The notes beneath the pieces were generated by a model that made no database searches, was not told where the DNA came from, and was given only the letters and a program-made list of their open reading frames with translations. Positions 48,764-59,943 of a stretch of DNA of 64,000 nt are shown here, in pieces. The position numbers and the translations under genes were made by a program. Source of the stretch: Minisyncoccia bacterium. GTDB lineage: Bacteria; Patescibacteriota; Minisyncoccia; Phycocordibacterales; UBA9973. Position 1 is the first letter of the stretch; each line of letters opens with the position of its first letter. The DNA lies in contig JBBRTD010000003.1 of assembly GCA_038244685.1 (NCBI GenBank), positions 3,944 to 67,943 of the forward strand, given 5' to 3'.

Positions 48764-49162
48764 ATGAGAATTAAAATTAATCTGGAAGACTTAACTCTTT
48801 ATCTTCAGAAGAAAAAGAGTATTGGAAAAGATCAGAAAGTATATTCTGTATCAATTTCTAATCCCAAAAAATCTCTGATTGTAGTTGTCACAAGTGAAAA
48901 TGCTATCTCTCTCAAAAAAGAAGAGGAGCCATTACGACAGCTAAACGACGAGGAAATGCTTGAAATGTTAAGCAGGCCCATATTTGACCTGGACGTTTCA
49001 GTTCGAACAATGGGAATACTAAGAATAACAGGGCTCAAAACACTAAGAGATGTTATATCTAGAGATGAGAAATTTTTCAGGAAATACCGAGGTTTTGGAA
49101 ATCTATCGGTAGATGAACTAAAAAAAACACTAAGACAGAAGGGGTTAAAACTAACTGTTTAA
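48764..49162 (+). CDS. Stand-alone protein with RNA polymerase alpha-subunit C-terminal-domain-like HhH fold
   Basis: LSRPIFDLDVSVRTMGILRITGLKTLRDVISRDEKFFRKYRGFGNLSVDELKKTLRQKGL aligns with RpoA CTD (LLRPVDDLELTVRSANCLK...GKKSLTEIKDVL). Only 132 aa. Confidence 0.5.
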   Translation: MRIKINLEDLTLYLQKKKSIGKDQKVYSVSISNPKKSLIVVVTSENAISLKKEEEPLRQLNDEEMLEMLSRPIFDLDVSVRTMGILRITGLKTLRDVISRDEKFFRKYRGFGNLSVDELKKTLRQKGLKLTV

Positions 49163-49184
49163 ATTAATTTAAATTTGTATCATC

Positions 49185-49331
49185 ATGGCTACGACTTTGA
49201 AGCAAAAGAAGAGAAGAAGATTGAGAAACAAAGCGAAAAAAGCAAAAGAAAACAACGTTTGGTATGATTATCATTATGATAAAGCCCAAAATGAAATATT
49301 CTTTACTTATCCTAAAAAGAAAGCCAGATAA
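49185..49331 (+). CDS. Unannotated 48-aa highly basic small protein
   Basis: ATG..TAA ORF MATTLKQKKRRRLRNKAKKAKENNVWYDYHYDKAQNEIFFTYPKKKAR. Followed by two stem-loop/T-run terminators (49323-49348, 49358-49382). Below the ORF-track size cut-off. Confidence 0.3.
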   Translation: MATTLKQKKRRRLRNKAKKAKENNVWYDYHYDKAQNEIFFTYPKKKAR

Positions 49332-49380
49332 CCTCTGGTTTTTTTATTTTATATAACCATAGCCTTCTGTGGTTTTTTGT

Positions 49381-49409
49381 TTGCAAAATAGGGGATTTTT
49401 TGATATAGT
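49381..49409 (+). promoter_or_regulatory. Sigma70-like promoter upstream of tRNA-Ile/atp operon
   Basis: TTGCAA-N17-TATAGT. Confidence 0.35.
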
Positions 49410-49483
49410 TCTTATGTTCTTTTAATGTTTTAAAGAGAACCTTACTTCTTGTATAGTTGTCAGCAATAAACGTGAAATTTCAT

Positions 49484-49555
49484 GCGTGTGTAGTTCAGTG
49501 GTAGAACGCTGTCCTGATAAGACAGAGGTCCTTGGTCCGATTCCAAGCACACGCA
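49484..49555 (+). tRNA. tRNA-Ile (anticodon GAU), T-loop UCCGAUU (C55 instead of U)
   Basis: Acceptor GCGUGUG/CACACGC. D-arm GUUC-AGUGGUA-GAAC. Anticodon stem CUGUC/GACAG with loop CUGAUAA. T-stem CUUGG/CCAAG. Confidence 0.75.
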
Positions 49556-49579
49556 CAAGGCTTTAAGCCTTTTCTTTTT

Positions 49580-49861
49580 ATGGATAATGATAAAGAAAAA
49601 TTAAACAAAGAAGCCCCTTGGTGGCAAGAAGGAGTCATTACTTTTGCAAAAGTTAGTGCTTCCATCGCAGTTCCGATAGTTATTGCTTTATATTTAGGTA
49701 AATATCTGGATAATAAATACAATACTGAACCCTGGATTTTTCTTTCATTAACTTTTATAGCATTTATCATATCCTTAGTTTCTATCTGGATTAATATGAT
49801 GAAGTATATTAAAGATCTAGAAAGCAAAGAAAAGTCTTCCAAAGACAAGATAATAAAATAA
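49580..49861 (+). CDS. ATP synthase protein I-like (AtpZ/AtpI) 2-TM protein
   Basis: 93 aa, two hydrophobic helices, immediately 5' of atpB. Start ATG 49580 follows a hairpin/T-run after the tRNA. Confidence 0.5.
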   Translation: MDNDKEKLNKEAPWWQEGVITFAKVSASIAVPIVIALYLGKYLDNKYNTEPWIFLSLTFIAFIISLVSIWINMMKYIKDLESKEKSSKDKIIK

Positions 49862-49864
49862 TTT

Positions 49865-50809
49865 ATGACAACAATAGTTAGTACAGAAGAATTAAATACA
49901 GCAGAAGTTAAACAGCCTCAAGAAATAAATACAACTGGGGTTGCCTTAAAACCTGAGACAGAAGAAGTAACAAGCGAATCTACATTATTTGCTGAACCTA
50001 TTGCTCATTTTGGTTCTTTTACTGTTACAAATTCTCTTTTCACAAGCTGGGTAGTAGTTTTCATTCTTATTGTTATATCTATTGTAGTTAGAACAAGAAT
50101 AAAAAAAATACCCAAAGGAATTCAAAATTTATTTGAAATATTAATAGAAGAAGCACACTCTTTATGCGACCAAGTCACAAGTAGTCGTATTATTACGAAT
50201 AAAGCTTTTCCTATTGTCTTTGCAATTTTTATGTTTGTCCTTCTTAATAACTGGGTAGGAATTCTTCCATTGGGAGGTTTCGGACTTATAGAGATCGGGG
50301 AACACGGCAAAACATTTATTCCACTTTTCAGAAGTGGTACTGCGGATATAAACGGAACACTGCCTCTCGCTATCATGTCTGTTATTGGTGCAAATATATT
50401 TGGAATAATTTCTATTGGTTTATGGAAAACTATAAATAAATACGTTAACCTTACAGCACTTGGAGGTATCTTCACAAAAGTTAAAAAAGACCCATCAATC
50501 CTCATGACAGCTCCTATTGTCTTTGCTGTTGGATTGCTTGAGCTTGTCGGAGAGTTTGCAAAAGTCGCATCACTTTCCTTTCGTCTCTTTGGTAATGTAT
50601 TTGCCGGAGAAGTATTACTTGCCTCAATGGGTGCAATTATAGCCTATGTCCTTCCTACACCATTTTTACTACTAGAAGTATTAGTGGGTGTGATACAAGC
50701 ATTTATTTTCGCCATTTTAACCCTTGTTTATTATACAATCTCAAGCATGGACCATGAGGAACATGAAGAAGAGCATAGTAAAGAGGGAAAATTAAGTGGG
50801 GCACATTAA
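49865..50809 (+). CDS. atpB: F0 ATP synthase subunit a (His/Glu-rich C-terminal tail)
   Basis: Conserved SFRLFGNVFAGEVL with essential Arg. C-terminal MDHEEHEEEHSKEG. Confidence 0.85.
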   Translation: MTTIVSTEELNTAEVKQPQEINTTGVALKPETEEVTSESTLFAEPIAHFGSFTVTNSLFTSWVVVFILIVISIVVRTRIKKIPKGIQNLFEILIEEAHSLCDQVTSSRIITNKAFPIVFAIFMFVLLNNWVGILPLGGFGLIEIGEHGKTFIPLFRSGTADINGTLPLAIMSVIGANIFGIISIGLWKTINKYVNLTALGGIFTKVKKDPSILMTAPIVFAVGLLELVGEFAKVASLSFRLFGNVFAGEVLLASMGAIIAYVLPTPFLLLEVLVGVIQAFIFAILTLVYYTISSMDHEEHEEEHSKEGKLSGAH

Positions 50810-50831
50810 TTTAAAGGTCAATCATTATTAA

Positions 50832-51062
<231 letters not shown>

Positions 51063-51155
51063 TTTTTACTATTTACATCTGGCCATTTGTTTCTATCGCA
51101 AATGACTAGGAGTAAGAAGCCAAAACTTCTGTAGATTAAAAATTAACATTTTTTT

Positions 51156-51647
51156 ATGGATTCATTTATAAATACATTTCACATAGATTGGAAAATAATA
51201 GTAGCGCAAAGTATAAACTTCGTAATAGTTCTTTTTGTTTTAAATTTTTTAATTGTAAAACCACTCAAGAAAATGATGAAAGAAAGATCATTAACAATTG
51301 CTGGTGGATTAGATGATGCAACAAAAAACAAAGAATTACTAAAGAATACAAAGAAAGAGTATGATGAAGTTATCCTAAAGGCACGTGAAGAAGCTCATGC
51401 TATTTTCCAAGAAGGCAAGCGTGAAGCAGAAGACAAAAAAAAGAAGATGATAGAAGCTGCACACAGTGAAATCGAAGAGATGATTTCAAATGGCAAAAAA
51501 ACTCTAGAATCAGAAAAAATTAAAATGGTAGAAGAGGCCAAAAAAGAAATTGTTTCTTTGGTGGTAAAAGCTACAGAGAAATTACTTGAATCTCATAAGG
51601 ACGAATCTTTTAACAATAAGGCAATAGAGCAAATCAAAAAGCTTTAA
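51156..51647 (+). CDS. atpF: F0 ATP synthase subunit b
   Basis: Single N-terminal TM plus long charged helix. Operon position. Confidence 0.8.
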   Translation: MDSFINTFHIDWKIIVAQSINFVIVLFVLNFLIVKPLKKMMKERSLTIAGGLDDATKNKELLKNTKKEYDEVILKAREEAHAIFQEGKREAEDKKKKMIEAAHSEIEEMISNGKKTLESEKIKMVEEAKKEIVSLVVKATEKLLESHKDESFNNKAIEQIKKL

Positions 51648-51653
51648 AAGTAT

Positions 51654-52061
51654 ATGGCAAGTATTTCAATTAAAAATTTAGCAAGTGCTATATATGAATC
51701 ATCTTCAGACAAAGATGGGGTTCTATTAGATTCCATCATCAAGAAAAGCGCCACATTCATAAGGGATAAGAATTTGCTGGGTAAAAAAGATGAAATATTA
51801 AAAGCCCTTGAGGAGATAGTCAATAAAGAAAATGGTGTAGTTAAAGTTAAAATTACAACAAGCGAAAAATTACAAGAAGACATCAAGACTGAAATTGAAG
51901 AATTCGTTAAAAAAAAGTACAAAGCAAATGAAGTAGAAATAGAGTCCAAAGAAGACAAAAAATTACTTGGTGGAATAAAAATAGAGATAGGAGACGATAT
52001 AATAGACACCACATTATTAAACAAGATACATCAATTACAAAATTATTTAATCACAAACTAA
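51654..52061 (+). CDS. atpH: F1 ATP synthase subunit delta (short form)
   Basis: OSCP C-terminal [25 protein letters not shown]. 135 aa. Confidence 0.75.
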   Translation: MASISIKNLASAIYESSSDKDGVLLDSIIKKSATFIRDKNLLGKKDEILKALEEIVNKENGVVKVKITTSEKLQEDIKTEIEEFVKKKYKANEVEIESKEDKKLLGGIKIEIGDDIIDTTLLNKIHQLQNYLITN

Positions 52062-52062
52062 T

Positions 52063-53565
52063 ATGACCAAAAATCACATCGTAGAAAATTTAAGAAAACA
52101 AATAGAAAAATTCCAAGGAGACTTGAAAGTTGAAAAAGTTGGACATGTAGTTGAGATATTTGATGGTATCGCTAAAGTATCTGGACTTGCTGATTTGAAG
52201 GCCTCTGAAATGGTATCTTTCGCAAGTGGAGCAAAGGGAGTAGCCTTAAACTTAGAAGAAGATACTGTCGGTATTATTATCCTTGGTGACTTTTCAAAAA
52301 TTCATGAAGGGGAGGAAGTGAAGGCGACAGGCCAAATTCTTTCTGTTCCTGTAAGTGACCTACAAATAGGTAGAGTTCTAAATGCATTAGGAGATCCTAT
52401 TGACGGTAAGGGTGCAATAAAAACTGACAAAAGAAATCCTATTGAAAAAGTTGCTCCAGGGGTTATTACTCGTCTCTCTGTTGATCAGCCAGTTCAAACT
52501 GGTATTAAGGCCATCGATGCTCTTATTCCAATCGGCCGTGGACAACGTGAGCTTATCATTGGTGACCGTCAGACAGGAAAGACAGCCATTGCTATAGATG
52601 CAATCTTAAACCAAAAAGGCCAAAATATGATTTGTGTTTACGTTTCTATTGGTCAGAAAGATTCAAAGTTACGAAAATTAGAGACTCGATTAGAAGAAGG
52701 TGGAGCTATGGCTTATACTATTATAGTTTCAGCCGGTGCTTCAGAACCTGCCGCACTTGCATACATTGCTCCATATACAGGAGTTTCTATTGCTGAGTTT
52801 TTCATGGATCAAGGAAAAGATGTCTTAATTATTTATGATGATTTATCAAAGCATGCTGTAGCATATCGTGAAATATCATTATTACTACGTCGACCTCCAG
52901 GACGTGAAGCTTACCCAGGAGATGTTTTTTACTTACACTCAAGACTACTTGAGCGTGCTTGCCGAAGAAATAAAGAATACGGGGGAGGTTCTATTACAGC
53001 ACTACCTATTATTGAAACTCAAGCTGGAGATGTCTCTGCTTATATTCCTACAAACGTTATCTCCATTACTGATGGACAGATATTCCTAGAAACAGATTTA
53101 TTCTACAAAGGTATTCGCCCTGCTGTAAACGTTGGACTTTCTGTTTCTCGTGTTGGTTCATCTGCTCAGATTAAGGCTATGAAGAAAGTGGCGGGTAAGA
53201 TTAAACTAGACTTGGCTCAGTTCCGCGAACTTGAGGCCTTCTCACAATTCGGTTCTGACTTAGACGAAGGAACAAAGAAGCAGCTAGAACGAGGTAAAAG
53301 AGCCGTAGAAGTATTAAAACAACCTCAATATTCACCAGTTGGAACTGTTGACCAAGTTGTAATTCTTTATGCTCTTATCAACGGATTCATAGATGAAGTT
53401 AAAATCGATAAAGTAAAAGAATTTGAAATAGGATTATCTGATTACGCATCCAGAAATGCAAAAACATTTTATAAAGAAGTCACAGAAACAAGAATGTGGA
53501 CAGAGGTAGGAGAAGCTGAGTTAAAGAAAGCAATTGAAGAATTCGTCACAAGTTTTAATAAATAA
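52063..53565 (+). CDS. atpA: F1 ATP synthase subunit alpha
   Basis: Walker [12 protein letters not shown]. Alpha-specific C-domain. Confidence 0.95.
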   Translation: MTKNHIVENLRKQIEKFQGDLKVEKVGHVVEIFDGIAKVSGLADLKASEMVSFASGAKGVALNLEEDTVGIIILGDFSKIHEGEEVKATGQILSVPVSDLQIGRVLNALGDPIDGKGAIKTDKRNPIEKVAPGVITRLSVDQPVQTGIKAIDALIPIGRGQRELIIGDRQTGKTAIAIDAILNQKGQNMICVYVSIGQKDSKLRKLETRLEEGGAMAYTIIVSAGASEPAALAYIAPYTGVSIAEFFMDQGKDVLIIYDDLSKHAVAYREISLLLRRPPGREAYPGDVFYLHSRLLERACRRNKEYGGGSITALPIIETQAGDVSAYIPTNVISITDGQIFLETDLFYKGIRPAVNVGLSVSRVGSSAQIKAMKKVAGKIKLDLAQFRELEAFSQFGSDLDEGTKKQLERGKRAVEVLKQPQYSPVGTVDQVVILYALINGFIDEVKIDKVKEFEIGLSDYASRNAKTFYKEVTETRMWTEVGEAELKKAIEEFVTSFNK

Positions 53566-53570
53566 AAAAA

Positions 53571-54491
53571 ATGGCTGGAACAAAAGAAATAAAACAAAGA
53601 ATAAAAAGTGTAAAGAACACAAAGAAAATCACCAAAGCTATGGAGCTGGTGGCGGCTTCGAAGATGAAGAGAGCTATTTCAAAAGCCCTATCATCAAGAC
53701 TTTATGCAAATTACTCATGGGAATTACTAACATCACTATCTGAAAGATTAGAGGATATCGATCAGCCGTTTTTTAATGGACATAAAGAGGATTCAAAAAA
53801 TAAAAGTAAAACTCTTTTTGTTCTTATAACATCAAATGGTGGATTATGTGGAGCTTACAATTCGCAAATAATAAAGAAAGCAATTTTATCTCTTAAAGAA
53901 TTAGAAATAAACGATGTAGATATTATAACTATTGGTAAAAAGGGTGACCATGCAATGCGCCGTACTGGAACAAACGTTATTGCTTCATTCTTAGAACTAC
54001 CAGATAATAGTAGCCTTTCAGATGTACTGCCTCTTTCAAAAATCATAATTGATGAATTTAAAGGAGCTAAATATAAAAAAGTTTATATAGCTTACACTGA
54101 CTTTATTTCTGCTCTAAATCAAAAAGCAAATGTAAAACAAATTCTCCCAATAGTTAAAGAAGACATAAAAGATTTAATAGAAAAGATTGGAGAAGGACGA
54201 GCTGAAGAAAAAATAGAGGCAAAAAAGCAACAAGTTCCATATATTTTTGAAGGGGACATGGATGCAATCATTGAATCATTAGCAGAGAAATTAGTCCGAA
54301 TGCAAATATATCATATGATATTAGAGTCAAATGCATCCGAACAATCATCCCGTATGATAGCCATGAAGAATGCATCAGAAGCTGCTGGAGAAATGATAGA
54401 TGACCTAACCCTGGCATTTAACAAAGCACGCCAAGCAAGTATTACACAAGAGATATCAGAGATAAGCGCCGGAATGGCAAGTATCAATTAA
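53571..54491 (+). CDS. atpG: F1 ATP synthase subunit gamma
   Basis: N-terminal IKQRIKSVKNTKKITKAMELVAASKM. C-terminal helix. Confidence 0.9.
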   Translation: MAGTKEIKQRIKSVKNTKKITKAMELVAASKMKRAISKALSSRLYANYSWELLTSLSERLEDIDQPFFNGHKEDSKNKSKTLFVLITSNGGLCGAYNSQIIKKAILSLKELEINDVDIITIGKKGDHAMRRTGTNVIASFLELPDNSSLSDVLPLSKIIIDEFKGAKYKKVYIAYTDFISALNQKANVKQILPIVKEDIKDLIEKIGEGRAEEKIEAKKQQVPYIFEGDMDAIIESLAEKLVRMQIYHMILESNASEQSSRMIAMKNASEAAGEMIDDLTLAFNKARQASITQEISEISAGMASIN

Positions 54492-54502
54492 ATTATTATT
54501 AA

Positions 54503-55894
<1,392 letters not shown>

Positions 55895-55968
55895 ACGCGA
55901 CTCGTGTCGAATATTTTTAATAAACTTGTTTATTAAAAATATTCGACCAAGGCGCTTCTAAAAAAAAT

Positions 55969-56415
55969 ATGTCAAAACTATTACAACTTAAAATTGTTAC
56001 ACCAGAAAAACTAATCTTGGAAGAATTAGTTGAACATGTTACTTTGCCAACCAAAGAAGGTGAGATAACTATTTTGGCGAATCATATTCCACTTATTGCT
56101 CCGCTTTCATCAGGGGATATAGTGGCCTTCGTATCAGGAGAACATTTACCAATTGCAGTTATGGGCGGATTCGTCGAAGTAAAAAACAACGAATTTGGGC
56201 AAACAGAAGTTGCAGTACTTGCTGACTTCGCAATACATGTTGGTGATTTATCAGATGAAGTCATTGAGAAAGCGAAAATCAAAGCCGAAGAATTAAAGAA
56301 ACAGGCTCTTAATAATGAGATAGTAGACTTTGAACACTTTGAGTCTGAACTTGAACGATCACTTAATAGAATCAAAATTGCTGATAAATGGAAGAATCGA
56401 AAATATAGAAAATAA
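55969..56415 (+). CDS. atpC: F1 ATP synthase subunit epsilon
   Basis: LKIVTPEKLILEELVEHVTLPTKEGEITILANHIPL beta-sandwich N-domain. Confidence 0.85.
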   Translation: MSKLLQLKIVTPEKLILEELVEHVTLPTKEGEITILANHIPLIAPLSSGDIVAFVSGEHLPIAVMGGFVEVKNNEFGQTEVAVLADFAIHVGDLSDEVIEKAKIKAEELKKQALNNEIVDFEHFESELERSLNRIKIADKWKNRKYRK

Positions 56416-56416
56416 T

Positions 56417-56449
56417 AAAATCCCCCGATCATTTCGGGGGATTTTATTA
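56417..56449 (+). terminator. Terminator of atp operon
   Basis: aatcccccg-atcattt-cgggggatt hairpin, then T-run. A second hairpin at 56466-56500 serves the convergent minus-strand gene. Confidence 0.7.
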
Positions 56450-56520
56450 TAGTAACAATACAAATAAAAAAAACCACTGAAATATAATCCAGCGGTTTTT
56501 TAATATTGTACAGTAATCTC

Positions 56521-56931
56521 TTACTGAAATTCCAATAATTCAGGTTCTGATACCACATACTTTGATTCATACGGGAATTTTTTGCATAAAATAAAAATTA
56601 TTTCACCTTCCATTTTACTTAATTTATCAAATAATTTAGATGAATCAATTCTTATCGTATACTTTTTCCCCTCATTACTTAAATATAGATAATATTCAGT
56701 AGTGGGGATAATGAAATCATTGTATTCAGAACTAATGAAAGGATTCTTCATTCCAAATGAATACTTCTTGGTGCTTACTGATCCCTCGAGAAATACCTCT
56801 TTTGAGATAAAGAAATAGCCGTACAAGTCAATAATTTTTTCCAGAACTTTATCTGAAAAAATAGGTGACATGATAAAAATTACAAATCCGAAAAAGACAA
56901 TAAACAAAAGAATAAATCTGATGATTTCCAT
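56521..56931 (-). CDS. N-terminally membrane-anchored hypothetical protein
   Basis: Single N-terminal TM. No motif. Confidence 0.35.
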   Translation of the reverse strand: MEIIRFILLFIVFFGFVIFIMSPIFSDKVLEKIIDLYGYFFISKEVFLEGSVSTKKYSFGMKNPFISSEYNDFIIPTTEYYLYLSNEGKKYTIRIDSSKLFDKLSKMEGEIIFILCKKFPYESKYVVSEPELLEFQ

Positions 56932-56950
56932 GATTTCTCTTTTTTAGTTT

Positions 56951-57286
56951 TTAAGTAATATCAGTAATTTGAACTGTTCTATCCCATAAATATTTCTTGC
57001 ATGAGACAGTCCTTAGATCTTCTGAAGTTCTTGTGAGATCTTGCAATCTCACAAACAACAGTTGATTAATAGCAAGAGTAATTTCCTCTTCATTGTCGTT
57101 GGCCTTAAACATTACGAAATACTTTTTATCTACTGTTTCAAGCGAAGAGTCTACCCATAATTTAAGTACTTTTACCTTGAGGAAATATTCCTTAATAAAA
57201 AAAGAAACATATATATTCCAAAAACATTTCCGTAAGGCAAATATTATCAATAGAATTGCAATACAAATAACAACGGTTTTTCCCAT
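56951..57286 (-). CDS. N-terminally membrane-anchored hypothetical protein
   Basis: Single N-terminal TM. No motif. Confidence 0.3.
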   Translation of the reverse strand: MGKTVVICIAILLIIFALRKCFWNIYVSFFIKEYFLKVKVLKLWVDSSLETVDKKYFVMFKANDNEEEITLAINQLLFVRLQDLTRTSEDLRTVSCKKYLWDRTVQITDIT

Positions 57287-57366
57287 ATAGTCATTTTTAA
57301 AGGTTTAATTTAGCTTATTTATAATACTTCACATGTATTTAGTCAATATGAGGAGTCAGAAGAGAG

Positions 57367-57375
57367 TGATATAAT
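57367..57375 (+). promoter_or_regulatory. Extended -10 (TGaTATAAT) 9 nt upstream of rarA ATG
   Basis: TGnTATAAT at 57367-57375. No SD sequence. Confidence 0.4.
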
Positions 57376-57384
57376 TTACCTATT

Positions 57385-58536
57385 ATGGAACCTTTAGCGT
57401 CAAAGATTAGACCTAAAAACTTAAAAGAATTCGTTGGCCAAGATCACTTAGTGGGAGTTGGCAAACCTCTTTCTATTGCTATAGAAGAGAAGCACCTATT
57501 TTCTTTTATTCTTTGGGGCCCACCAGGTGTGGGGAAGACTACTCTTGCTCGTATATATGCGAAAGCTCTCAATGCCGAATATCACGAACTCTCTGCTGTC
57601 TCCGCAGGTAAGGATGATATACGCCAGATTATTGATGGAAAAGTTAGTGGTGCATTATTAGGGCCACGAATTCTATTCTTAGATGAAATTCATCGTTTTA
57701 ATAAAGCTCAACAAGACTTTCTACTTCCATACGTAGAAAGCGGTAAGCTTGTACTTATAGGAGCAACAACAGAGAATCCAAGCTTTGAAGTTATTCCTGC
57801 TCTTTTATCTAGATGTCGAGTTTTTGTTCTATCGGAATTAACCGATGATGACATGAGAAAGATTATTAAAAGCACCGGACATAAAATGAAAAAGGATGCG
57901 ACAGAGTGGTTGATAGCAATGGCGCAAGGGGATGCTCGCCAGGCAATCGCCATGATTGAAAATACAATTTCTCTATACAAAGAAATTACTATTGAAAATT
58001 TTAAAAATACTCTCCAGTCCAAATTCTTCCGCTACGATAAGAAGGGTGATGAACATTACAATACTATCAGTGCTTTTATAAAAAGTATGCGCGCTTCGCA
58101 GCCTGATGCAGCGCTATATTACTTAAACAGAATGCTTGTATCTGGTGAGGATCCAAAGTTTATTGCAAGGCGCATGGTCATATTCGCAAGTGAAGATATA
58201 GGACTGGCTCTGCCAACCGCTTTAGTAGTTGCTAATGCTGTTTTCCAAGCAGTTACGACTATAGGTATGCCTGAATGCGGCATAAACCTTGCCCATGGCG
58301 TTGTTTATCTATCACAGGCACCAAAAGACAGAAGAGCAAATGATGCTTACCAGATGGCATCACAAGACGTTATACAATATGGCAATTTACCCATTCCTTT
58401 TGACCTAAGGAACCCAACAACTAAGCTTAATAAAGAAATTGGCTATGGTAAAAACTACGAGAAGTATACAACCAAAGACCTCATGCCCGAGAAGCTAAAG
58501 GGCAAAAAATACCTTGATAATAAAAGGAAATCATAG
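57385..58536 (+). CDS. rarA: Replication-associated recombination protein A (MgsA/RarA AAA+ ATPase)
   Basis: IRPKNLKEFVGQDHL. Walker A WGPPGVGKTTLA. Walker B LFLDEIHRFNK. MgsA C-terminal domain. Confidence 0.85.
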   Translation: MEPLASKIRPKNLKEFVGQDHLVGVGKPLSIAIEEKHLFSFILWGPPGVGKTTLARIYAKALNAEYHELSAVSAGKDDIRQIIDGKVSGALLGPRILFLDEIHRFNKAQQDFLLPYVESGKLVLIGATTENPSFEVIPALLSRCRVFVLSELTDDDMRKIIKSTGHKMKKDATEWLIAMAQGDARQAIAMIENTISLYKEITIENFKNTLQSKFFRYDKKGDEHYNTISAFIKSMRASQPDAALYYLNRMLVSGEDPKFIARRMVIFASEDIGLALPTALVVANAVFQAVTTIGMPECGINLAHGVVYLSQAPKDRRANDAYQMASQDVIQYGNLPIPFDLRNPTTKLNKEIGYGKNYEKYTTKDLMPEKLKGKKYLDNKRKS

Positions 58537-58539
58537 GTA

Positions 58540-58569
58540 TTGACATATATGGTATTTATATGGTATAAT
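58540..58569 (+). promoter_or_regulatory. Sigma70-like promoter: TTGACA-N18-TGgTATAAT
   Basis: TTGACA at 58540-58545. Extended -10 TGgTATAAT at 58561-58569. Confidence 0.4.
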
Positions 58570-58615
58570 AGTACTAAATAAATGAGCCATTAAATTAATT
58601 AATACAAACTTGATT

Positions 58616-58825
58616 ATGAAGATGAGTTTAAGGTCCGTAAAGCCATTTGGTTGGCTTCAGATTGCCGTGTTATTTTTTATTTTTGTTGGAAATATCGCAC
58701 CCGATATCAAATGCGATGATCATACAAATTTGTTCTGGATCTTTGGATCCGGAGCTGGAATATTGATGATAATTTATTTTTCCACCAAACAACATCCGCT
58801 GGTAAACAATGGTTCACACAAATAG
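58616..58825 (+). CDS. Small 2-TM membrane protein, hypothetical
   Basis: Hydrophobic helices. Followed by terminator ccacagat-caa-atctgtgg at 58846-58877. Confidence 0.3.
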   Translation: MKMSLRSVKPFGWLQIAVLFFIFVGNIAPDIKCDDHTNLFWIFGSGAGILMIIYFSTKQHPLVNNGSHK

Positions 58826-58904
58826 AACCACCAAATTAACTAAACCCACAGATCAAATCTGTGGCGTTTTGTTTTTTATGACTCTCTTGTGATAAAATAC
58901 AAAT

Positions 58905-59618
58905 ATGTATAATAAAATATTAAAAGAAATACTTTCACTTGAAGATAAAGAAAAAGCAAAATTTCTTTCAGGATTTTTTAAAACTGGCCCTGGAGAATAC
59001 GGTGAGGGTGATATATTCATAGGAATCACAGTACCAGCGTCGAGACAAATTGCTCAAAAGTATGGAGAGCTTACTATGGTTGATGTGTCCAAGCTGTTAA
59101 AAAATAAATACCATGAGGTGCGCCTTATTGCTCTCTTAATTCTAGTCCACAAATACAAAATTGCCACAAAAACAAACGACTCTAAAATAAAAAAAGAAAT
59201 AGTAGATTTTTATTTAGAACATACGAAATATATTAACAATTGGGACTTAGTTGACTTGTCGGCTCATTACATATTGGGTGATTATTTAATAAATAAAGAC
59301 AGAAAAATTTTATTAAAATTAGCGAAGTCAAAAGATATTTGGGAAAGACGAATAGCTATAATATCAACTTTTGCATTTATATATAAAAGCGAAGGGGAAT
59401 GGACATTTAAGATTGTAGAAGTCCTCATGAAAGACAAAGAAGATCTTATTCACAAAGCTTGCGGCTGGATGCTTCGTGAAGTTGGCAAAAGATTTAAAGA
59501 AAAAGACTTATTATTATTTTTGGATGAACATTGGAAAGAAATGCCTCGTACCATGCTCCGCTATGCCATAGAGAGATTACCAGAGGTAAAAAGAAAGTAT
59601 TATTTGAATAAAAAATAG
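58905..59618 (+). CDS. DNA alkylation repair enzyme (AlkD/AlkC-like HEAT-repeat glycosylase family)
   Basis: N-terminal KAKFLSGFFKTGPGEYGEGD. WDLVDLSA and WERRIAI motifs typical of the DNA_alkylation family. Confidence 0.7.
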   Translation: MYNKILKEILSLEDKEKAKFLSGFFKTGPGEYGEGDIFIGITVPASRQIAQKYGELTMVDVSKLLKNKYHEVRLIALLILVHKYKIATKTNDSKIKKEIVDFYLEHTKYINNWDLVDLSAHYILGDYLINKDRKILLKLAKSKDIWERRIAIISTFAFIYKSEGEWTFKIVEVLMKDKEDLIHKACGWMLREVGKRFKEKDLLLFLDEHWKEMPRTMLRYAIERLPEVKRKYYLNKK

Positions 59619-59652
59619 AATAAAAAAGTTATCCACAGTATTTATCTTGACG

Positions 59653-59668
59653 GTGAACGTTCGTTCAC
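59653..59668. promoter_or_regulatory. Cheo-type SOS box (GAAC-N4-GTTC) upstream of small-ORF-lexA operon
   Basis: gtGAACgttcGTTCac palindrome 45 nt upstream of the 70-aa ORF that precedes lexA. Confidence 0.5.
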
Positions 59669-59713
59669 ATATACTATATATATAACTAATTAATAGTAAT
59701 TATTATATATTAT

Positions 59714-59926
59714 ATGAGCAAACAACAATATTTAAAAATTTTAGAAAACGAGATTCATCTTACAAATAAGAAGATTGATGTAAAGATTATGCGAGGTGAC
59801 GATTACAAGAAAGAAGCACTTGAGCACAAGCAACTTCTTCACAAAATTCGCCAGCATAGACGTAGAGGTTTTTTAGGTAACTTTCTTAACCTACTAAACA
59901 GGCTTCCACAATTTTCTAATCTCTAA
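59714..59926 (+). CDS. Small basic protein, hypothetical, likely SOS-regulated
   Basis: Sits between SOS box and lexA. 70 aa, no TM. Confidence 0.35.
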   Translation: MSKQQYLKILENEIHLTNKKIDVKIMRGDDYKKEALEHKQLLHKIRQHRRRGFLGNFLNLLNRLPQFSNL

Positions 59927-59943
59927 TATACTATTAAAGTTCT

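Noticed and set aside
49495-49848. 117-aa minus-strand ORF and the 5' part of ORF 49532 (MVRFQAHAQGFKPFLF)
   Set aside because: Both overlap tRNA-Ile. The real coding start of the downstream gene is ATG 49580.
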